This document shows, in pieces, positions 10,641-20,183 of a stretch of DNA of 38,818 nucleotides. A program made the translations under genes and the position numbers. The notes under the pieces were generated by a model, which saw nothing but the letters and a program-made list of their open reading frames with translations, ran no database searches and was not told the origin of the DNA. This DNA comes from a virus (lineage: Duplodnaviria; Heunggongvirae; Uroviricota; Caudoviricetes), in IMG/VR virus record IMGVR_UViG_2651869695_000012. One strand, written 5' to 3'. Position 1 is the stretch's first letter; every line of letters begins with the position of its first letter.

Positions 10641-11384
10641 TTAACCTGCGGCGCTGACGGCCACCGTAGCCACTGCCACAAAATCGCCGTCAGAAGTCAT
10701 GCCCACAATGCTGACACTGCCCTGCTTCACGCCTTTCACCGTGGCCACAAGCCCGTTCAGGGTCACCGTGGCAGTCTGTGGATCTGTCGAATGCACACTG
10801 ATCGCTTTGTCACTGGCTCCGTCAGGTTTTACTGTAAAGGTCAGCGTGGTGGTTGCTCCCACTTTTACACTGGCAGATGCCGGTGCCACCGTCAGCCCGG
10901 TAACGCCCACGGTTTCAGTGCCTTCTTCTGCCAGATACGGACGCCCCACACCGCTGATTTTCACTGTGCGGGTCATCACGTCTTTTGAGGCAATGGTTTT
11001 ACCCAGTGAACTCAGCCAGCCACGGAAAACATCAACAGTACCGTTGGGATATTTGATACGAAACGCGCAGACTTCACCGGAGTCGAACAACTGAACCAGT
11101 TTTTTCTGCCCGCTGTCACCCGGACGCCAGGCCAGCGTCGCCGAAGTATCACCGACGGATTTCTGCCCCTGGGTTGTCGTTTTCCAGTCTGCATCTTCAT
11201 CATCGAGATAAGTGTCATCTTCTGCATCAGCGGTCATTTCGCCAGGCTGCAGATCCTTCACCATCGCAAGACGCAGCCAGTCAGTGTCCGATAAAGGGTT
11301 CGCAAACGCATCGCCCTTGCCGGTGTACATCCAGAACGTCGTTCCCGCACCTTTCGTTTTTGCCAGTGGATTTGGTGTGGTCAT
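10641..11384 (-). CDS. V: Major tail protein V with C-terminal Ig-like domain
   Basis: Start at ATG 11384 (MTTPNPLAKTKGAGTTFWMY, cf. lambda V) preceded by AGGAGGTG; central YLDDEDADW motif shared with lambda V; Thr/Val-rich Ig-like C-terminus. Confidence 0.9.
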   Translation of the reverse strand: MTTPNPLAKTKGAGTTFWMYTGKGDAFANPLSDTDWLRLAMVKDLQPGEMTADAEDDTYLDDEDADWKTTTQGQKSVGDTSATLAWRPGDSGQKKLVQLFDSGEVCAFRIKYPNGTVDVFRGWLSSLGKTIASKDVMTRTVKISGVGRPYLAEEGTETVGVTGLTVAPASASVKVGATTTLTFTVKPDGASDKAISVHSTDPQTATVTLNGLVATVKGVKQGSVSIVGMTSDGDFVAVATVAVSAAG

Positions 11385-11394
11385 TGCCACCTCC

Positions 11395-11796
11395 TTAATT
11401 CGTGTACGTGATCTGGTACGTGATTTCCGCCATCGCCCAGGTGGCCATCTCATTATCACGTTGATAGTTAAAACCGAGAGGGATCAGGGTGTCGATGAGT
11501 CCGGAAAGTGCCGGTATATCATTCAGAGCCGGGAAAATGGTGCTCTCCATCCACATATCCAGCTCTGAATCCGGTGCCTGTGCCCGGATGAAGACAGCAA
11601 TATGCAGAACAGCCTGCCAGTCATCTTCATCCGTCATTTTTCCGGTGTACTGAGCATCACTCAGCCACACCGCCACGGCAGGCAGTTCCTGCGCATCAAC
11701 AAATGCCGGAAGCCCGTCAAAAAACGTGGCGCTGTCTCCACACTGTTCCCGAAGGCGTGCCAGTACGACCTGGCGGATTTGTGTATGTCGGTTCAT
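11395..11796 (-). CDS. U: Tail terminator protein U
   Basis: ATG at 11796 overlaps the Z stop (ATGA); ATFFDG...FPAVAV...PDSELD.WMES motifs resemble lambda U; an alternative start lies at 11808. Confidence 0.8.
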   Translation of the reverse strand: MNRHTQIRQVVLARLREQCGDSATFFDGLPAFVDAQELPAVAVWLSDAQYTGKMTDEDDWQAVLHIAVFIRAQAPDSELDMWMESTIFPALNDIPALSGLIDTLIPLGFNYQRDNEMATWAMAEITYQITYTN

Positions 11797-12371
11797 CGGG
11801 TCAGCCATAACCTCAGTTGTTGTTTCAGTGCATACCCCAGCTGTTTCGGCATTTCCGCAGCAATGATGCGGTCGCGGGCATCTTCAAATGCCTGTGTCAG
11901 CGGTCCGGACAGAGGGATTTTCACCACATCAATGGGGTAACGATTTTTGCCATCAATACGCCGCATCACATGCCAGCGACCATTCGCCAGTTGCTGAATA
12001 AACGCATCCCGGAAAAGATATTTACCCACCTTCAGCACGCTGCCACGGTACTGCAGTTTTCCACCACGCCGGGTCAGACTGACCCGGGCGGTCCCCAGCT
12101 TAATGGCAGGCAGATTGCCCCGGTTAACGCGGATCCTGGCCGTCATTTTTCCTGACGGACTGGCTTTAAACACCCGGACACGCTGACGTACCAGTTTCAG
12201 GGGTATCCCTTTCACTTGGTTATCTCCCGCAACGGTATTCCCGGCAACCTGCCGGGTGGCAACCGAGACCGCTTTCTGTGCCACACGGTTTATCGCCCAT
12301 GCGCTGGCCTGTGGCACCATACGGGTATCAAGGCTGTTCAGATTGCGGATGGCATTCTCAAGCCCCTTCAT
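11793..12371 (-). CDS. Z: Tail completion protein Z
   Basis: 192 aa, same length and position as lambda Z, upstream of U. Confidence 0.8.
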   Translation of the reverse strand: MKGLENAIRNLNSLDTRMVPQASAWAINRVAQKAVSVATRQVAGNTVAGDNQVKGIPLKLVRQRVRVFKASPSGKMTARIRVNRGNLPAIKLGTARVSLTRRGGKLQYRGSVLKVGKYLFRDAFIQQLANGRWHVMRRIDGKNRYPIDVVKIPLSGPLTQAFEDARDRIIAAEMPKQLGYALKQQLRLWLTR

Positions 12372-12382
12372 CCCACACCTCT

Positions 12383-12658
12383 TTACTCAATAAAGATCAT
12401 TGGCTTACCGTTAAAGCGTTCATGCCGTGTGACCGTCCAATGTTGTCCGTCATAAACAACGCGATCCCCGCGCCGTGGGCGGTATCCCGAAGAAAACACC
12501 ACCAGAGAGACCGCAGGTCCGGACAGAGCATTCAGCTCTGCCAGTGTTTCTCCCGGGATCACAGTCATATCGACATCATTAATCGAGGCTGTCTTTCCCA
12601 TCTTTCTGACCGTGATCGCATCCATACGCGCTGCCAGCCGGGAAAAGGGATCAGACAT
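12383..12658 (-). CDS. Small head-tail joining protein (FII/connector-like), function inferred from position
   Basis: 91-aa ORF between the head genes and Z; start overlaps the stop of the upstream gene; no sequence resemblance to lambda FII recognised. Confidence 0.45.
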   Translation of the reverse strand: MSDPFSRLAARMDAITVRKMGKTASINDVDMTVIPGETLAELNALSGPAVSLVVFSSGYRPRRGDRVVYDGQHWTVTRHERFNGKPMIFIE

Positions 12659-12974
12659 TGAGTTTTACCGGCACTTCTTCTGCACTGGTTCCGGCATCTG
12701 CCCAGACAACCCCGACCAGCGGATCAGAGCCGCTGTTAGTCAGCTGAACTTTTCCGGACTTCAGATAAACCTTCTTACCCGTTTTCATGTCATCCGTTTT
12801 CAGCTTAGGCAGCATAAACACACCTTCGGTCAGGCCGTCGCCTGTTTCACCCTGTGGAATATCGGTCAGCGCCACCGCAAAAACATCACCCACCTGCACC
12901 AGGTCTCCGCTGCTGATGGCTGCACTGGCAACAATCGCCACCGTTTTTCCTTCTTCTACAAAATTCTTTGCCAT
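12651..12974 (-). CDS. Small head protein (possible decoration/DUF2190-like), hypothetical
   Basis: Start at ATG 12974 (MAKNFVEEGKTVAIV...) with GGAG RBS; lies immediately after the capsid gene and its terminator-like hairpins. Confidence 0.45.
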   Translation of the reverse strand: MAKNFVEEGKTVAIVASAAISSGDLVQVGDVFAVALTDIPQGETGDGLTEGVFMLPKLKTDDMKTGKKVYLKSGKVQLTNSGSDPLVGVVWADAGTSAEEVPVKLNV

Positions 12975-12987
12975 AACTGTCTCCGCA

Positions 12988-13040
12988 CAGCCCCGTTCAG
13001 GGGCTGATTTCAGGTACAAAAAAAGCCCTTACGGGCCATC
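12988..13040 (-). terminator. Hairpins between capsid gene and downstream head gene: GCCC-GTAA-GGGC followed by U7, plus a CAGCCCC/GGGGCTG stem
   Basis: Read directly on the minus strand: GCCCGUAAGGGCUUUUUUU at 13036..13018 and a 7-bp stem hairpin at 13006..12988. Confidence 0.4.
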
Positions 13041-13060
13041 AGAGTTGTTGTCTGCGACGT

Positions 13061-15019
13061 TTACGCCGTACATTTCACCAGACCGCGGTGATCAACTGGC
13101 GCGACACCGGCGTCAATACGCACTTTCGTTGTCACGCCATCCACACTGAAGCCCTCCATCTGATCAATATATGGCGTATCCACACCGTTGAGATAAGCCA
13201 CTTCAATCGTATCGGAGCCTTTTGACGCAGCCAGGTAGAAGGTGGTCTGGCTGTTATCATCAAGACGAGGCTCTGCAATAACGGTCGCAAAATCTTTCAC
13301 CGGGTTAATAATACCGGCGTTAATGTCAGCCCCCTTGACACTTGAGGAGCGAATGACCTGGTTAGCAACAGACTCCATCGCCGTCGGTACCAGTACGAAC
13401 GCAGGACGAATATTCAGATGACGCTCCCCCTCTTTCTGAACGCGCATCAACTGGCGGGCTTTATCCAGCGATGCCACGTCCATTGCAGCGCTCTCCAGTA
13501 CGTTTGCATGTTTCGCTTTATCGAACAGACTTACATTATCTGTGGAGATTTTCGGGTTAGACGTCAGAATGGCATAAACCAGATCGGCAATAGTGGATTT
13601 CGCCGCACGGCCCAGTTTCATCGGGACATCGGTCAGCATATTCAGATCATCATTGATAATGGCCTGACGGGTGATACTGAACAGCTCGCCATAGGTCGCC
13701 AGTGCAATAGTGGCCTGTTTATCTCCGGTGGTGACGTATTTATATTCCGCCCCTTCACGCACCTGACGCAGAGCACTGAAGCCCCCCATACCCACACGAT
13801 GGGCAATTTTAAAATCAGACAACTGACCTTTCCGCGTCCACTGTTCATAGGTTTCAGGGGCATCTTCCCAGCCCTGCAGAATGGCTTTGTTCGCAACATC
13901 CAGCAGAATATTACCGAAGTCAGACGTACTGTGTGTGAACGCCGCACCGACCATCTGCATCGGGTTATAACTGGAAACCCCAATACCCCGTTCAGTCAGT
14001 GACATACGGGCATATTCACGCAGGGTCATCCCGTTGTAGACATTATCACGTTCGGTTTTTTCAAATCCGGCACGCGCCATCAGCGCCTGGCGGATCCCGT
14101 CCCCCACAAAATTACCGTTACCGGCATAAATATGAGCCGGGGTATTTTTATTGGATGGCGTGGACTCGCGCCCCATCTCGTTCAACAGCTTTTCGCGGGC
14201 CTGCTCCAGCGAACATTCAGGATCGGCAAGACACTGAGCCTGCAGCGTCTGATAACGCCCGCCAAACATGGCAAACAGATCATTAATACCGTTTACACGC
14301 GCTTTTTGCTCTGCCAGTACCTGCGCACGGATGCTGTTTTCATCCACCACGGGTGCTGCTGCCTGCACTGGCGTCCGGGAGGCTTCAGGTTCATTATCCT
14401 GTACGCGTGGAGCACTGTTGCGTGGCGGAGTAATCATGTTTCGAATGGATTCCGGCATCTTTTTAAATTCCTCTGTACGTTTTGACTGAATACATGCCAT
14501 TGCCTTAACGGCTGGCGTTACCTGATCAGCAAATCCATGTGCCAGACATTCGGCACCGGACATCCAGGTCTCATCCGCCAGCATGGCAGCAATTTCATCG
14601 GTGGTTTTCCCGGTTTTCTGTGCATAAGCGGGTAACAGAACCGCCTCAACTTTATCGAGCAGGTCGGCATAGGTGCGCATGTCCTCCGCATCACCGCCCG
14701 TAAAGCCAAATGGTTTATGAATCATCATGAAGGTGTTTTCCGGCATAATGACCGGGTTTCCTACCATCGCAATGACCGACGCCATTGACGCCGCCACACC
14801 GTCGACATAAACGGTAATGGACGCACCATGTGTTTTCAGCGCATTAAAAATGGCGATGCCTTCAAAGACATCGCCACCCGGTGAATTAATATGGAGATTA
14901 ATGTGGGTGATATCGCCCAGTGCATTCAGATCACTGATAAACTGCTTCGCTGTAACACCCCAGAAACCAATCTCGTCATAAATATAAATATCCGCGTCAC
15001 TCTGGTGACCAGCCTGCAT
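13061..15019 (-). CDS. Prohead protease (ClpP/S14-like) - scaffold - major capsid protein (HK97 fold) fusion
   Basis: Start at ATG 15019 (MQAGHQSDADIYIYDEIGF), just after the portal stop; N-terminal ClpP-like signature (HINSPGGDVFEGIAIFNALK...ASMASVIAMVG); Ala/Gln-rich linker; capsid-like C-terminal half. The ORF track extends to 15280 in a frame overlapping the portal gene. Confidence 0.8.
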   Translation of the reverse strand: MQAGHQSDADIYIYDEIGFWGVTAKQFISDLNALGDITHINLHINSPGGDVFEGIAIFNALKTHGASITVYVDGVAASMASVIAMVGNPVIMPENTFMMIHKPFGFTGGDAEDMRTYADLLDKVEAVLLPAYAQKTGKTTDEIAAMLADETWMSGAECLAHGFADQVTPAVKAMACIQSKRTEEFKKMPESIRNMITPPRNSAPRVQDNEPEASRTPVQAAAPVVDENSIRAQVLAEQKARVNGINDLFAMFGGRYQTLQAQCLADPECSLEQAREKLLNEMGRESTPSNKNTPAHIYAGNGNFVGDGIRQALMARAGFEKTERDNVYNGMTLREYARMSLTERGIGVSSYNPMQMVGAAFTHSTSDFGNILLDVANKAILQGWEDAPETYEQWTRKGQLSDFKIAHRVGMGGFSALRQVREGAEYKYVTTGDKQATIALATYGELFSITRQAIINDDLNMLTDVPMKLGRAAKSTIADLVYAILTSNPKISTDNVSLFDKAKHANVLESAAMDVASLDKARQLMRVQKEGERHLNIRPAFVLVPTAMESVANQVIRSSSVKGADINAGIINPVKDFATVIAEPRLDDNSQTTFYLAASKGSDTIEVAYLNGVDTPYIDQMEGFSVDGVTTKVRIDAGVAPVDHRGLVKCTA

Positions 15020-15032
15020 CCTGAACCAGGAA

Positions 15033-16541
15033 TTAATCTTCGGACTGGTCGTCGGTGTGCTGCGGCTCCTGTCGTTTCGTTGCGGCACTACTGCCTCCTT
15101 TATCACTGGCCGGATCGGTATCAAATACCAGATCCAGCTTGCGGTTTTCATCAATTTCGGCCTTGCGCCGACGTTTGACATCATCCGGATTACGACCACC
15201 AGCACGTACCCAGTCTGATTCTGTCGCCGCTCCACCACGAATCTGGATTTTCCAGGCCTCAGCCTCCTTAACAGGGTCAATCCACGGCATCACTGGTCCG
15301 GAATACACCGCGGTATACAGTGAAGAACGGTCAAGATCGCGGGGTAGCCTGATAACACCGGATGCCACAGCCTGTTTCAGCCAGGCACGATACATCGGGC
15401 GGGTGACGGCACCAATAAACCAGTCCTGCAGGATCAGGTAGCCATCAGTAGATTCAACCAGCTCCTGACGCTGGGCGCTGTAAGTGCCGTTATAGTTGCG
15501 CGCTGTACTGGAAAAACTCAGACGACTGCCCGCCGCCACGGCACGCAACTGACCATTACGAAAAGTTTCAAGGTTAGGATTGGGACGATCCGACTTCACC
15601 ATTCCGATTTCTTCGCCGGGTTTCAGATCGTCGTAAATAATGCCTGGCTGAATGGTAAGCTCGCGTTCATTCTCCTTGCTGCCATTACCATCCGGTTCAT
15701 AGCTCTGCCCGTCGCCTTTCCGGATGTACATCCCCAGAGCAGCGGCGATCCTTGCTGCAGTCAGCTCAGAATCTTCATACTCTTTCAGGGCACTGAGGCG
15801 GATCAGCACACCGGACAACAAAGACGTCCCGCGCATCTGGTGCAGACGGCGAACAAATTTAAGATGCAGCATTCGCTCTGCATCCACTTCTTTGGTTTCC
15901 ATCTGCCGCCCGGATACGGGACGACTTTTATACACCAGATATTTTTCGGGACGCCCCCAGTCATCAACAAACACGCCCTGATTCAGCCTGTTGCTCTCAT
16001 CACTGGTCATGGGAATAAAGTCCGGCTCGAGCGCCTCCAGCCAGAAATGAACACCGGCAGAAGGCGTCAGGCTGTTTATGCGCCCGGAAACCATCTGGGC
16101 AAACACCTCACCATCGCGCAGCCAGGTACGCAGCATCAGACGTTCCAGCATCGGACGGGTAAACTGCCCGGTGACTTCCGGACTGACAGACCATTCACTC
16201 CATCGGGTGCGTATCTCTGCTGCCAGATCACGGGCAATGGCCCCATTGCGTAATACCGGATGTGGCTCGACAATAATCCCGTTTTTCCCCACCACCCGTT
16301 CTTCCAGCTTGTCAAATACACCAATGACCAGATCGTGGTTGTTATCAAGGTAACGGGCCTGCTCACGTAACGACACGGCCCCGTACTGGCTTAACTGGTC
16401 GGCAGTTCGGTTTTCCCGCCGGGCTTTATGTGTCCGCGTCGTTTTTACGGCCTCATAAGCCTGGATCACCGCACGGGAACGCAGCCTTGCCGCTTTCCAT
16501 CCTGGTGAAAAAACGCCAATCACATCATCAAGAATTGCCAT
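15033..16541 (-). CDS. Portal protein (lambda B family)
   Basis: Start at ATG 16541 (MAILDDVIGVFSPGWKAARLR), overlapping the stop of the upstream small gene (ATGA); ~500 aa at the lambda B position between terminase and capsid. Confidence 0.85.
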   Translation of the reverse strand: MAILDDVIGVFSPGWKAARLRSRAVIQAYEAVKTTRTHKARRENRTADQLSQYGAVSLREQARYLDNNHDLVIGVFDKLEERVVGKNGIIVEPHPVLRNGAIARDLAAEIRTRWSEWSVSPEVTGQFTRPMLERLMLRTWLRDGEVFAQMVSGRINSLTPSAGVHFWLEALEPDFIPMTSDESNRLNQGVFVDDWGRPEKYLVYKSRPVSGRQMETKEVDAERMLHLKFVRRLHQMRGTSLLSGVLIRLSALKEYEDSELTAARIAAALGMYIRKGDGQSYEPDGNGSKENERELTIQPGIIYDDLKPGEEIGMVKSDRPNPNLETFRNGQLRAVAAGSRLSFSSTARNYNGTYSAQRQELVESTDGYLILQDWFIGAVTRPMYRAWLKQAVASGVIRLPRDLDRSSLYTAVYSGPVMPWIDPVKEAEAWKIQIRGGAATESDWVRAGGRNPDDVKRRRKAEIDENRKLDLVFDTDPASDKGGSSAATKRQEPQHTDDQSED

Positions 16542-16753
16542 CAGAACCTCGCCAGCCGGTACCCGGGATGCCCCCGTCGTCGTGTAATCAGAGCCGCAAG
16601 GCGGCGCTCCCACTCCTGCCGTCCCTGCCGGATCTCAGATAAGTTTTCCATGGTCATCTGCTGACCATTAAAGGTGACGGATTTTCCGTCCAGCACCGCC
16701 ATTTCAGCTTCCGTATAACGCTGAATCATGGCTTCAATATCATTCTGGTTCAT
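16541..16753 (-). CDS. gpW-like head-tail joining protein
   Basis: ~70-aa ORF between terminase large subunit and portal, as lambda W; ATG 16753 overlaps the terminase stop with GGAGG 6 nt upstream; C-terminal RRRG motif as in lambda W. Confidence 0.6.
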   Translation of the reverse strand: MNQNDIEAMIQRYTEAEMAVLDGKSVTFNGQQMTMENLSEIRQGRQEWERRLAALITRRRGHPGYRLARF

Positions 16754-18852
16754 AACCATCCTCCGGAAGTCAGCCAGGGGTTAACATCGTCAGTTACTGT
16801 TTTCTTCCGTTTTTGTTTTTTAACAGGCGTGGATACCGGTTCCGGTGAGGGTGACGGTCCGGTACTGTCCGGGACACACTCCAGCCAGGTTTCCCGGCTC
16901 GCCCACTCCGGTGCATCCGGCCAGCGGATCTTTTCGTATCCATGCAGAATGACCAGAGCCTCGGCATACACCATCAGGTCAAAGGCTTCGTTGGCACCGC
17001 GACCCGGCTTACTCCATTTCCCGTCACTGCTCCGCTCTTCATACGTCAGTTCGTCGTAAAACCAGCTCCCCAGCCAGTCAGGGAAATGCACATAGCCGGG
17101 ACCTGGAGAGTCACGCCATAACGCGTTATTCACCCGGTCTTTCAGGGCATCCGTCTGAAGAAGCCAGAGCGGCACATCACCTGCGGCCTGCGCCCGTCGG
17201 CCCGTTCGTCCGGTGTTATCAGGGAATGTACGGGTGATCAGTTTTGCGCGCCGGATGCTGTCGCCCTTAAACAGGTAAATACGTTTACCAAGGCCATCAC
17301 GACGGCAACGACGCCAGAATTTATAGGCATTATCAGTGACCCCGTCTTCACCGCCGGAGTCCACCGCCATTGCCATCAGTCGCATTTGTTGAGAAGGATC
17401 GGAGGCCAGCGGCCAGCTTTTATGAAAAACATCCGTCAGCAGGACATCCCAGTCTTCCGGATAGCTGGCCGGATCAATTCGCTGGCTCTCCCCGTCGCTG
17501 TCACCGCGCAATGACTGCGTGATGTTGTAACGATCAATAATCCAGCGTTCGCCACGGCTGCCATAGCCCGTTACCTGAACCACAAAACGGCGATGACGTC
17601 CCGCCTGCACATCCACTGTCGCCACAAGGAAATTAACGCCATCCGGCACACTGCGGGAAGGAACTGGCTCTGCCCGCTGCTCAAGCAGTTCACTTTTTCG
17701 TTGCTCCATGCTGGCGCGGGGAAGATAAGGTAATCCCCAGTCGGTATTGATAACCGTCTTGAGTGTTTCTTCACTTCCGGTTGTCTCGTATTCCTGTTCT
17801 GCAGTAAGCAGTTTGTAAACGAGTTGCGAGAGTGTCTGGTAAGCAGCTGCCGGACCCTCCATCCAGAATGACGCAATACGTGAGCGTCGGGGATCACCAT
17901 AACGACTGCCATCTGCATTGATGGATTCACCATCCCGTAACCAGACCCCACGTCCGTTCAGCTCGCGTTTTTGTTCAGGCAAAATCCGTCCTGAACAGGA
18001 AGGACACTGAATATAAGCCGCCTCACTTGCCAGCACAGGATCGGCAATATCACGGAAACCAGCAACCACATCGCCGCAGGGCTGAAAATACTCACCACAG
18101 TGTGGACAGGGCCAGTACCAGCGACGGCGATCGCCACGGTTATAGAGCGACAGGATCCCCGTGGTTGGTGGAGCCTCATGCGGTGAAGTCCGTCGCCATT
18201 TCACATCCTTCACATCCCTGCCGGGGGAACTCTCCACCAGCGTCATACCACTGGACATAAATGTGGTGGTACGTTTTGAGGCAAGAGAGAAGGCATCCCC
18301 CTCACCATCAATATCTTCCGGAAAACGGTCATAATCCGTCAGCGCCACGCATTTATAATCTGATGAAGACATGATATTGACTGACGGCCAGCCGATTTTC
18401 AGGTAGTTGCCAGCAAGGAATGTTCTGTCATAAACGTTGTTGTCATTTTTGTTCGGACTCAGGCGACTGACCACTTCCGGGCTGACGCGAAACGTTCTGG
18501 CGAGTCGTTTTTTGGAGTGTTCGCGGGCTTTTTCCTCCGTCATCTGAATGATCAGCATATCAGCAGGATCGCAAATCACGTTGTAAATCACCCAGCCGTC
18601 AATCAGGCCGATAGTCTTGCCGGTTCGTGCCGGGCCAACAAATATCACTGCGTCGTATTCACGCGAGGCCAGGCAGTTCATAGGCTCAATAACATACGGT
18701 GCCACCAGCGGATCCCACGGGACTGAGTTCCCTGCCCCCATGGGCACCCGCATATACTGAGCAACGGCATCAGCAACCCGCATTCGTCTCGGTGCGCGAA
18801 GGATATAACCTGAATCGGTTCGTGCTGCCTTTGCGGTTTCCTGATTCAGCAT
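16750..18852 (-). CDS. Terminase large subunit
   Basis: 700-aa ORF; Walker A-like VGPARTGKT near the N-terminus; Cys cluster WPCPHCGEY...CPSC; sits between small terminase and the gpW-like gene. Confidence 0.9.
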   Translation of the reverse strand: MLNQETAKAARTDSGYILRAPRRMRVADAVAQYMRVPMGAGNSVPWDPLVAPYVIEPMNCLASREYDAVIFVGPARTGKTIGLIDGWVIYNVICDPADMLIIQMTEEKAREHSKKRLARTFRVSPEVVSRLSPNKNDNNVYDRTFLAGNYLKIGWPSVNIMSSSDYKCVALTDYDRFPEDIDGEGDAFSLASKRTTTFMSSGMTLVESSPGRDVKDVKWRRTSPHEAPPTTGILSLYNRGDRRRWYWPCPHCGEYFQPCGDVVAGFRDIADPVLASEAAYIQCPSCSGRILPEQKRELNGRGVWLRDGESINADGSRYGDPRRSRIASFWMEGPAAAYQTLSQLVYKLLTAEQEYETTGSEETLKTVINTDWGLPYLPRASMEQRKSELLEQRAEPVPSRSVPDGVNFLVATVDVQAGRHRRFVVQVTGYGSRGERWIIDRYNITQSLRGDSDGESQRIDPASYPEDWDVLLTDVFHKSWPLASDPSQQMRLMAMAVDSGGEDGVTDNAYKFWRRCRRDGLGKRIYLFKGDSIRRAKLITRTFPDNTGRTGRRAQAAGDVPLWLLQTDALKDRVNNALWRDSPGPGYVHFPDWLGSWFYDELTYEERSSDGKWSKPGRGANEAFDLMVYAEALVILHGYEKIRWPDAPEWASRETWLECVPDSTGPSPSPEPVSTPVKKQKRKKTVTDDVNPWLTSGGWL

Positions 18853-19346
18853 TACTCCTCCTGCTGTAATTCCTCCTCATCATCCGCACCTGCTTCAGTC
18901 ACCCGCAGGGCTATCTGATCGCGCAGATCATCAATAATGGACTGAACACGGCTCACAGCGGCAGGCTGCAGACCGCAGTCACGTTCAAGAATATCCGGTA
19001 ATGTCTCCAGCACCTGCACGACCGCTTTTGCCCAGATGGCAAACTCCCGTCTGACATCACTGGCCGGTATGAGTTGTGCCGTTTCCTGTTCGAACTTAAG
19101 ACGCTCACGTTCAGACTGATACCAGGCTTTGCGCTCATGCGCGTCCATTTCGCCTTCTGCAACCGGCGGTGGTAATGCCAGAAATGCCGACACAATATCA
19201 ACCACCCGATAAAGCTTGAGGTTGCTTTCATGCCCCCCTGCAACGGGTAGATTTTGCAGCCTTGCCGCAGCAGTCTGGCGATGTACACCTGACAGTGCCG
19301 CCAGTTGACTGATATTCAGCGTCAGATTTTTTAACTCTCGATCCAT
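18852..19346 (-). CDS. Terminase small subunit (DNA-recognition, HTH)
   Basis: 164 aa; N-terminal HTH-like LNISQLAALSGVHRQTAAARL; acidic C-terminal tail; 1-nt overlap with the large subunit start. Confidence 0.8.
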   Translation of the reverse strand: MDRELKNLTLNISQLAALSGVHRQTAAARLQNLPVAGGHESNLKLYRVVDIVSAFLALPPPVAEGEMDAHERKAWYQSERERLKFEQETAQLIPASDVRREFAIWAKAVVQVLETLPDILERDCGLQPAAVSRVQSIIDDLRDQIALRVTEAGADDEEELQQEE

Positions 19347-19504
19347 ACCCGCTCCAGAATGTTTTAAACATGCATCTTGCGAACAACTTTAGGCAAACGG
19401 TGTTAGTGATGAACAAAAAACAATCAAAATCGACACCGTAAAAATAAAACTACTGTAATATCAATCAATTACAGCAGTGGTGATGACGAATGAAATTTCA
19501 AAAA

Positions 19505-19540
19505 CTAGCCTTTTTCCGCGACGCTCCCGCCCCGTGGCAG
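19505..19540. promoter_or_regulatory. Candidate cos cohesive-end site (cosN-like)
   Basis: ~170-190 bp upstream of the small terminase start, where lambda cosN lies; minus-strand read GGGGCGGGAGCGTCGCGG partly resembles lambda GGGCGGCGACCTCGCGGG (from memory). Confidence 0.3.
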
Positions 19541-19799
19541 GCCACCCCACCGGAAGGACCCGCCAAAATGAGAGTGATTATCACCATTGCTGATGAATAA
19601 ATTGATGAAAATCATTGAAACGCCTTTCAGCAAGATAACGGCGACGGTCGTTGTTGAACTCCGTAGCTCTGCTACTAAGGTTAAAAGCATGGCCATCTTT
19701 TGCCACCGGCAAATCTTCAATGGATTTCCCCTGCCGGTTTTTTATTCCTCACATTATCGCAGCCCCTCAGTGAAGGGCTGCTGTAATGCCTGCTCTTAC

Positions 19800-20162
19800 T
19801 CAGTAACGACCGCGCCTTCCGGTAATTTCATACCGGCAAATACCGGACAGCCCGGGGATCGTTATCTGCAGCTGGTTAGCCAGGGAGTTAATCTCAGCGA
19901 CCAACACTGGCTTCGTATAGCGCCATGCCGCCAGCCCTTGTCCACAGAAGCTCACCATATCTTTTTTCTGATCAAACTCATGACACTTCATATTGAGCTG
20001 CGCACTTAAGCTGTTGCGATGCTGAAGTTCTCCGGTGAAGTAGTCATCCAGGACTTTATAGGCTGCATATTTAAATCCGGGGTTTAGCCATGCTGCATAA
20101 TCATAAGCAACAAACTTCCCGCCATATGTTCCACCGTGTACACCGCGCTCAGTAAAAACCAC
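19800..20162 (-). CDS. Hypothetical protein with KilA-N-like motif, possibly a gene remnant
   Basis: 120-aa ORF with only a GTG start and weak RBS; contains YDYAAWLNPGFKYAAY reminiscent of the KilA-N core; occupies the bor/moron slot between Rz and cos. Confidence 0.35.
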   Translation of the reverse strand: MVFTERGVHGGTYGGKFVAYDYAAWLNPGFKYAAYKVLDDYFTGELQHRNSLSAQLNMKCHEFDQKKDMVSFCGQGLAAWRYTKPVLVAEINSLANQLQITIPGLSGICRYEITGRRGRY

Positions 20163-20183
20163 AGATTCGTGTTTTTTCTCCAG

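Noticed and set aside
10623-10988. 121-aa plus-strand ORF (Cys/His-rich)
   Set aside because: Antisense to the major tail gene V; composition typical of a shadow ORF.
17571-17951. 126-aa minus-strand ORF inside the terminase large subunit gene
   Set aside because: Alternative frame of a well-supported long ORF; no independent start context.
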